From NCBI GenBank assembly GCA_963832925.1, contig CAWHVY010000013.1, positions 29,797 through 93,796 on the forward strand: a stretch of 64,000 nucleotides of DNA, written 5' to 3'. Positions 61,425 to 64,000 of the stretch are shown one piece after another. A program made the position numbers and the translations under genes. Numbering within the stretch: the stretch's first letter is position 1; each line of letters starts with the position of its first letter. Origin of the DNA: an uncultured Acidimicrobiaceae bacterium. GTDB taxonomy: Bacteria; Actinomycetota; Acidimicrobiia; Acidimicrobiales; RAAP-2. Below the pieces are notes generated by a model. It was given only the letters and a program-made list of their open reading frames with translations, did no database searches and was not told the DNA's origin.

Positions 61425-64000
61425 GACAACTTCCTTTCGGCGGCGCGTCGAGCGTCCTCTTCGTCCGAACCGCGCTCCGGTCGACTGATGTCGATACCGA
61501 GTTCACGGGTGACGGAGAAGAAGTCCTCTTCGGTGTCGGCCAGGTCCACGTGGGCCCCGACCTTGTCGCGCACTTCTACGTTCAAACAGAGTGACTGCAT
61601 TTCCTTGATGAGAACCTTGAAGGACTCGGGGATACCGGGCTCGGGCAGGTTCTGACCCTTCACGATCGCCTCGTAGGCACGCTCGCGGCCCTTCATGTCG
61701 TCGGACTTGACGGTGAGGAGTTCTTGCAGCGCGTACGCGGCACCGTAGGCCTCGAGAGCCCACACTTCCATCTCACCGAAGCGCTGACCACCGAACTGCG
61801 CCTTGCCACCGAGTGGCTGGGCGGTGATCATCGAGTACGGGCCGGTCGAGCGGGCGTGGATCTTGTCATCGACCATGTGGGCGAGCTTCAAGATGTAGGC
61901 GTAGCCGACCGAGATCGGGCTGTCGTAGACCTCACCGGTGCGACCGTTGTAGAGCGTGACCTTGCCGTCGTTGTCCCCGGCCAGCAGGCGCTTGCCGTTT
62001 TGACCGTCGACGTTCAGTGTCGCGAAGGTCTGTTGGATCGTCGGCTTGTCCTTGGCCCGTTCGGTCTCGTCCCAGTGCGCGCCGTCGAAGGACGGTGTCG
62101 CGACGTAGACGGCCGGCTCGGTGCGCGGACGGGTCTTGCGATAGGGACGCGTCGCCGGGTCGGCCTGGTCGGCGTGACCGGAGGTACCGACCGTCGAGTT
62201 GACCTCGATGCCTTCCCATCCGTGACGCGCGGCGTAGCCCAGGTGACTCTCGAGGACCTGGCCGACGTTCATTCGACTCGGTACACCCAAGGGGCTGAGG
62301 ATGATGTCGACCGGCGTGCCGTCGGACATGAAGGGCATGTCCTCTTCGGGCAGGATCTTCGAGATGACGCCCTTGTTGCCGTGGCGTCCGGCGAGCTTGT
62401 CGCCCTCGGAGATCTTGCGCTTCTGGGCGACGTAGACCTTGACGAGTTGGTTGACACCGGGCTGCATCTCGTGGTCCTCGTCGCGGCTGTAGACCTTGAC
62501 GTCGATGACCTTGCCGGACTCGCCGTGGGGAACCTTCAGCGAGGTGTCGCGCACTTCGCGCGCCTTCTCACCGAAGATCGCTCGCAGGAGTCGCTCTTCG
62601 GGCGACTGCTCGGTCTCACCCTTCGGCGTGACCTTGCCGACGAGGATGTCGCCGGGCTCGACTTCGGCGCCGATGCGCACGATGCCGAGGTCGTCCAGGT
62701 CCGCCAGGATGTCGTCGGGCAGGTTCGGGATGTCACGAGTGATCTCTTCGGCACCGAGCTTGGTGTCGCGAGCGTCGATCTCGTACTCCTTCACGTGGAT
62801 CGAGGTGAGGACGTCGTCACGAACGAGACGCTCGTTCAAGATGATGGCGTCTTCGTAGTTGTAGCCCTCCCACGGCATGTAGGCGACGAGCAGGTTCTTG
62901 CCGAGCGCGAGCTCGCCGTTGAACGTGCTGGTGCCGTCGGCGAGCAGGTCGCCTTCCTTGACCGTCTCGCCACCGAAGACCAAGGGCTTCTGGTTGATCG
63001 AGGTGTCCTGGTTGGAGCGGCGGAACTTGTTGAGGTTGTACTGCTTCTTGCCGAGAGCCTTGCCGTAGCGGTCCGCGACGTCCTTGTCGTACTCGACGAC
63101 GATGCGATCCCCCGAGACCATCTTCACGACGCCGTCGCCTTCGGCGATGAGAACGTCACCGGAGTCGAGCGCGGCGCGCGCCTCCATGCCGGTGCCGACG
63201 AACGGCGCCTCGGGCATGATGAGCGGCACGGCCTGCTTCTGCATGTTCGCACCCATGAGTGCGCGCTGGGCGTCGTCGTGCTCGACGAACGGGATCAACG
63301 AGGTCGCGACCGAGATGATCTGCTTGGTCGAGACGTCCATCAACTCGACCTCGTCGGGCTTGACGAAGTCGATCTCGGACGTCGTCGAGGACGACTTGTT
63401 GGAGGATCCGACGCGAAGACCGGTGCCGACGGGGCCACGACGCACGAGCACGCGCTCGGCGCGGATGACGCCCTTCTCATCGACCTCGGTGTTGGCCTGG
63501 GCGATGACGAAACGCTCTTCTTCGTCGGCGGTGAAGTACTTGATCTCACCGGTGACCTTGCCCGAGGTGACCACGCGGTACGGCGTCTCGATGAAGCCGT
63601 ACTCGTTGATGCGCGCGTAGTTGGCGAGGTAGCCAATGAGTCCGACGTTCGGGCCTTCGGGCGTCTCGATCGGACACATGCGTCCGTAGTGCGAGGAGTG
63701 GACGTCGCGGACTTCGAGGCCGGCACGCTCGCGGCTCAGACCGCCTGGTCCCAGTGCCGAGAGACGACGCTTGTGCGTCAGTCCCGACAGCGGGTTGTTC
63801 TGGTCCATGAACTGACTGAGCTGAGAGGTCGCGAAGAACTCCTTGATCGCCGACATCACGGGACGAATGTTGATCAGCGTCTGGGGCGCGATCGCCTCGA
63901 CGTCCTGGGTGTTCATGCGCTCGCGCACGACGCGCTCCATACGAGAGAGGCCGGTGCGCAACGCGTTCTGGATCAGTTCGCCCACGCTGCGGATGCGGCG
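61421..64000 (-). CDS. rpoB: RNA polymerase beta subunit (5' part outside the window)
   Basis: [66 protein letters not shown]. Confidence 0.99.
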   Translation of the reverse strand, partial: RRIRSVGELIQNALRTGLSRMERVVRERMNTQDVEAIAPQTLINIRPVMSAIKEFFATSQLSQFMDQNNPLSGLTHKRRLSALGPGGLSRERAGLEVRDVHSSHYGRMCPIETPEGPNVGLIGYLANYARINEYGFIETPYRVVTSGKVTGEIKYFTADEEERFVIAQANTEVDEKGVIRAERVLVRRGPVGTGLRVGSSNKSSSTTSEIDFVKPDEVELMDVSTKQIISVATSLIPFVEHDDAQRALMGANMQKQAVPLIMPEAPFVGTGMEARAALDSGDVLIAEGDGVVKMVSGDRIVVEYDKDVADRYGKALGKKQYNLNKFRRSNQDTSINQKPLVFGGETVKEGDLLADGTSTFNGELALGKNLLVAYMPWEGYNYEDAIILNERLVRDDVLTSIHVKEYEIDARDTKLGAEEITRDIPNLPDDILADLDDLGIVRIGAEVEPGDILVGKVTPKGETEQSPEERLLRAIFGEKAREVRDTSLKVPHGESGKVIDVKVYSRDEDHEMQPGVNQLVKVYVAQKRKISEGDKLAGRHGNKGVISKILPEEDMPFMSDGTPVDIILSPLGVPSRMNVGQVLESHLGYAARHGWEGIEVNSTVGTSGHADQADPATRPYRKTRPRTEPAVYVATPSFDGAHWDETERAKDKPTIQQTFATLNVDGQNGKRLLAGDNDGKVTLYNGRTGEVYDSPISVGYAYILKLAHMVDDKIHARSTGPYSMITAQPLGGKAQFGGQRFGEMEVWALEAYGAAYALQELLTVKSDDMKGRERAYEAIVKGQNLPEPGIPESFKVLIKEMQSLCLNVEVRDKVGAHVDLADTEEDFFSVTRELGIDISRPERGSDEEDARRAAERKLS

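Noticed and set aside
63740-63830. Rifampicin-resistance substitutions in rpoB
   Set aside because: The cluster I sequence [24 protein letters not shown] matches the sensitive consensus.

Overview
High-GC actinobacterial chromosome segment, probably class Acidimicrobiia. This rests on the actinobacterial beta-prime coiled-coil insertion in RpoC, a four-Cys S4, and the conserved gene order; the class-level assignment is inference. The backbone is almost all on the minus strand: rpoB-rpoC, the str operon, the S10/spc/alpha ribosomal protein clusters, truA, rplM-rpsI-glmM-glmS-acpS-alr-udg-tsaE-tsaB-rimI-tsaD-pdxH and groES-groEL. Four accessory blocks interrupt it. (1) An ~18 kb block between truA and rplM carries an ArsR/SRPBCC pair with a divergent orphan clpP, an M13 peptidase, two paralogous secreted proteins with a Cys-bracketed Gly/Tyr loop, and a glycosylation cassette. 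The cassette has two GT-C-like membrane proteins resembling AftD and Rv0226c, a GT2, two methyltransferases and a flippase-GT2-GT4 triple fusion. (2) A DosS/DosR-like module sits between map and infA. (3) A ~2 kb AT-richer islet splits rpsJ from rplC and encodes a trypsin-like protease, a proteasome-beta-like Thr1 hydrolase and an overlooked 52-aa ORF. (4) Three accessory genes lie between rpsL and rpoC. Several essential genes carry single-indel frameshifts, which most likely are sequencing or assembly errors. No tRNA, rRNA, CRISPR array or transposase was seen. All family assignments come from motif recognition by eye; no searches were run.
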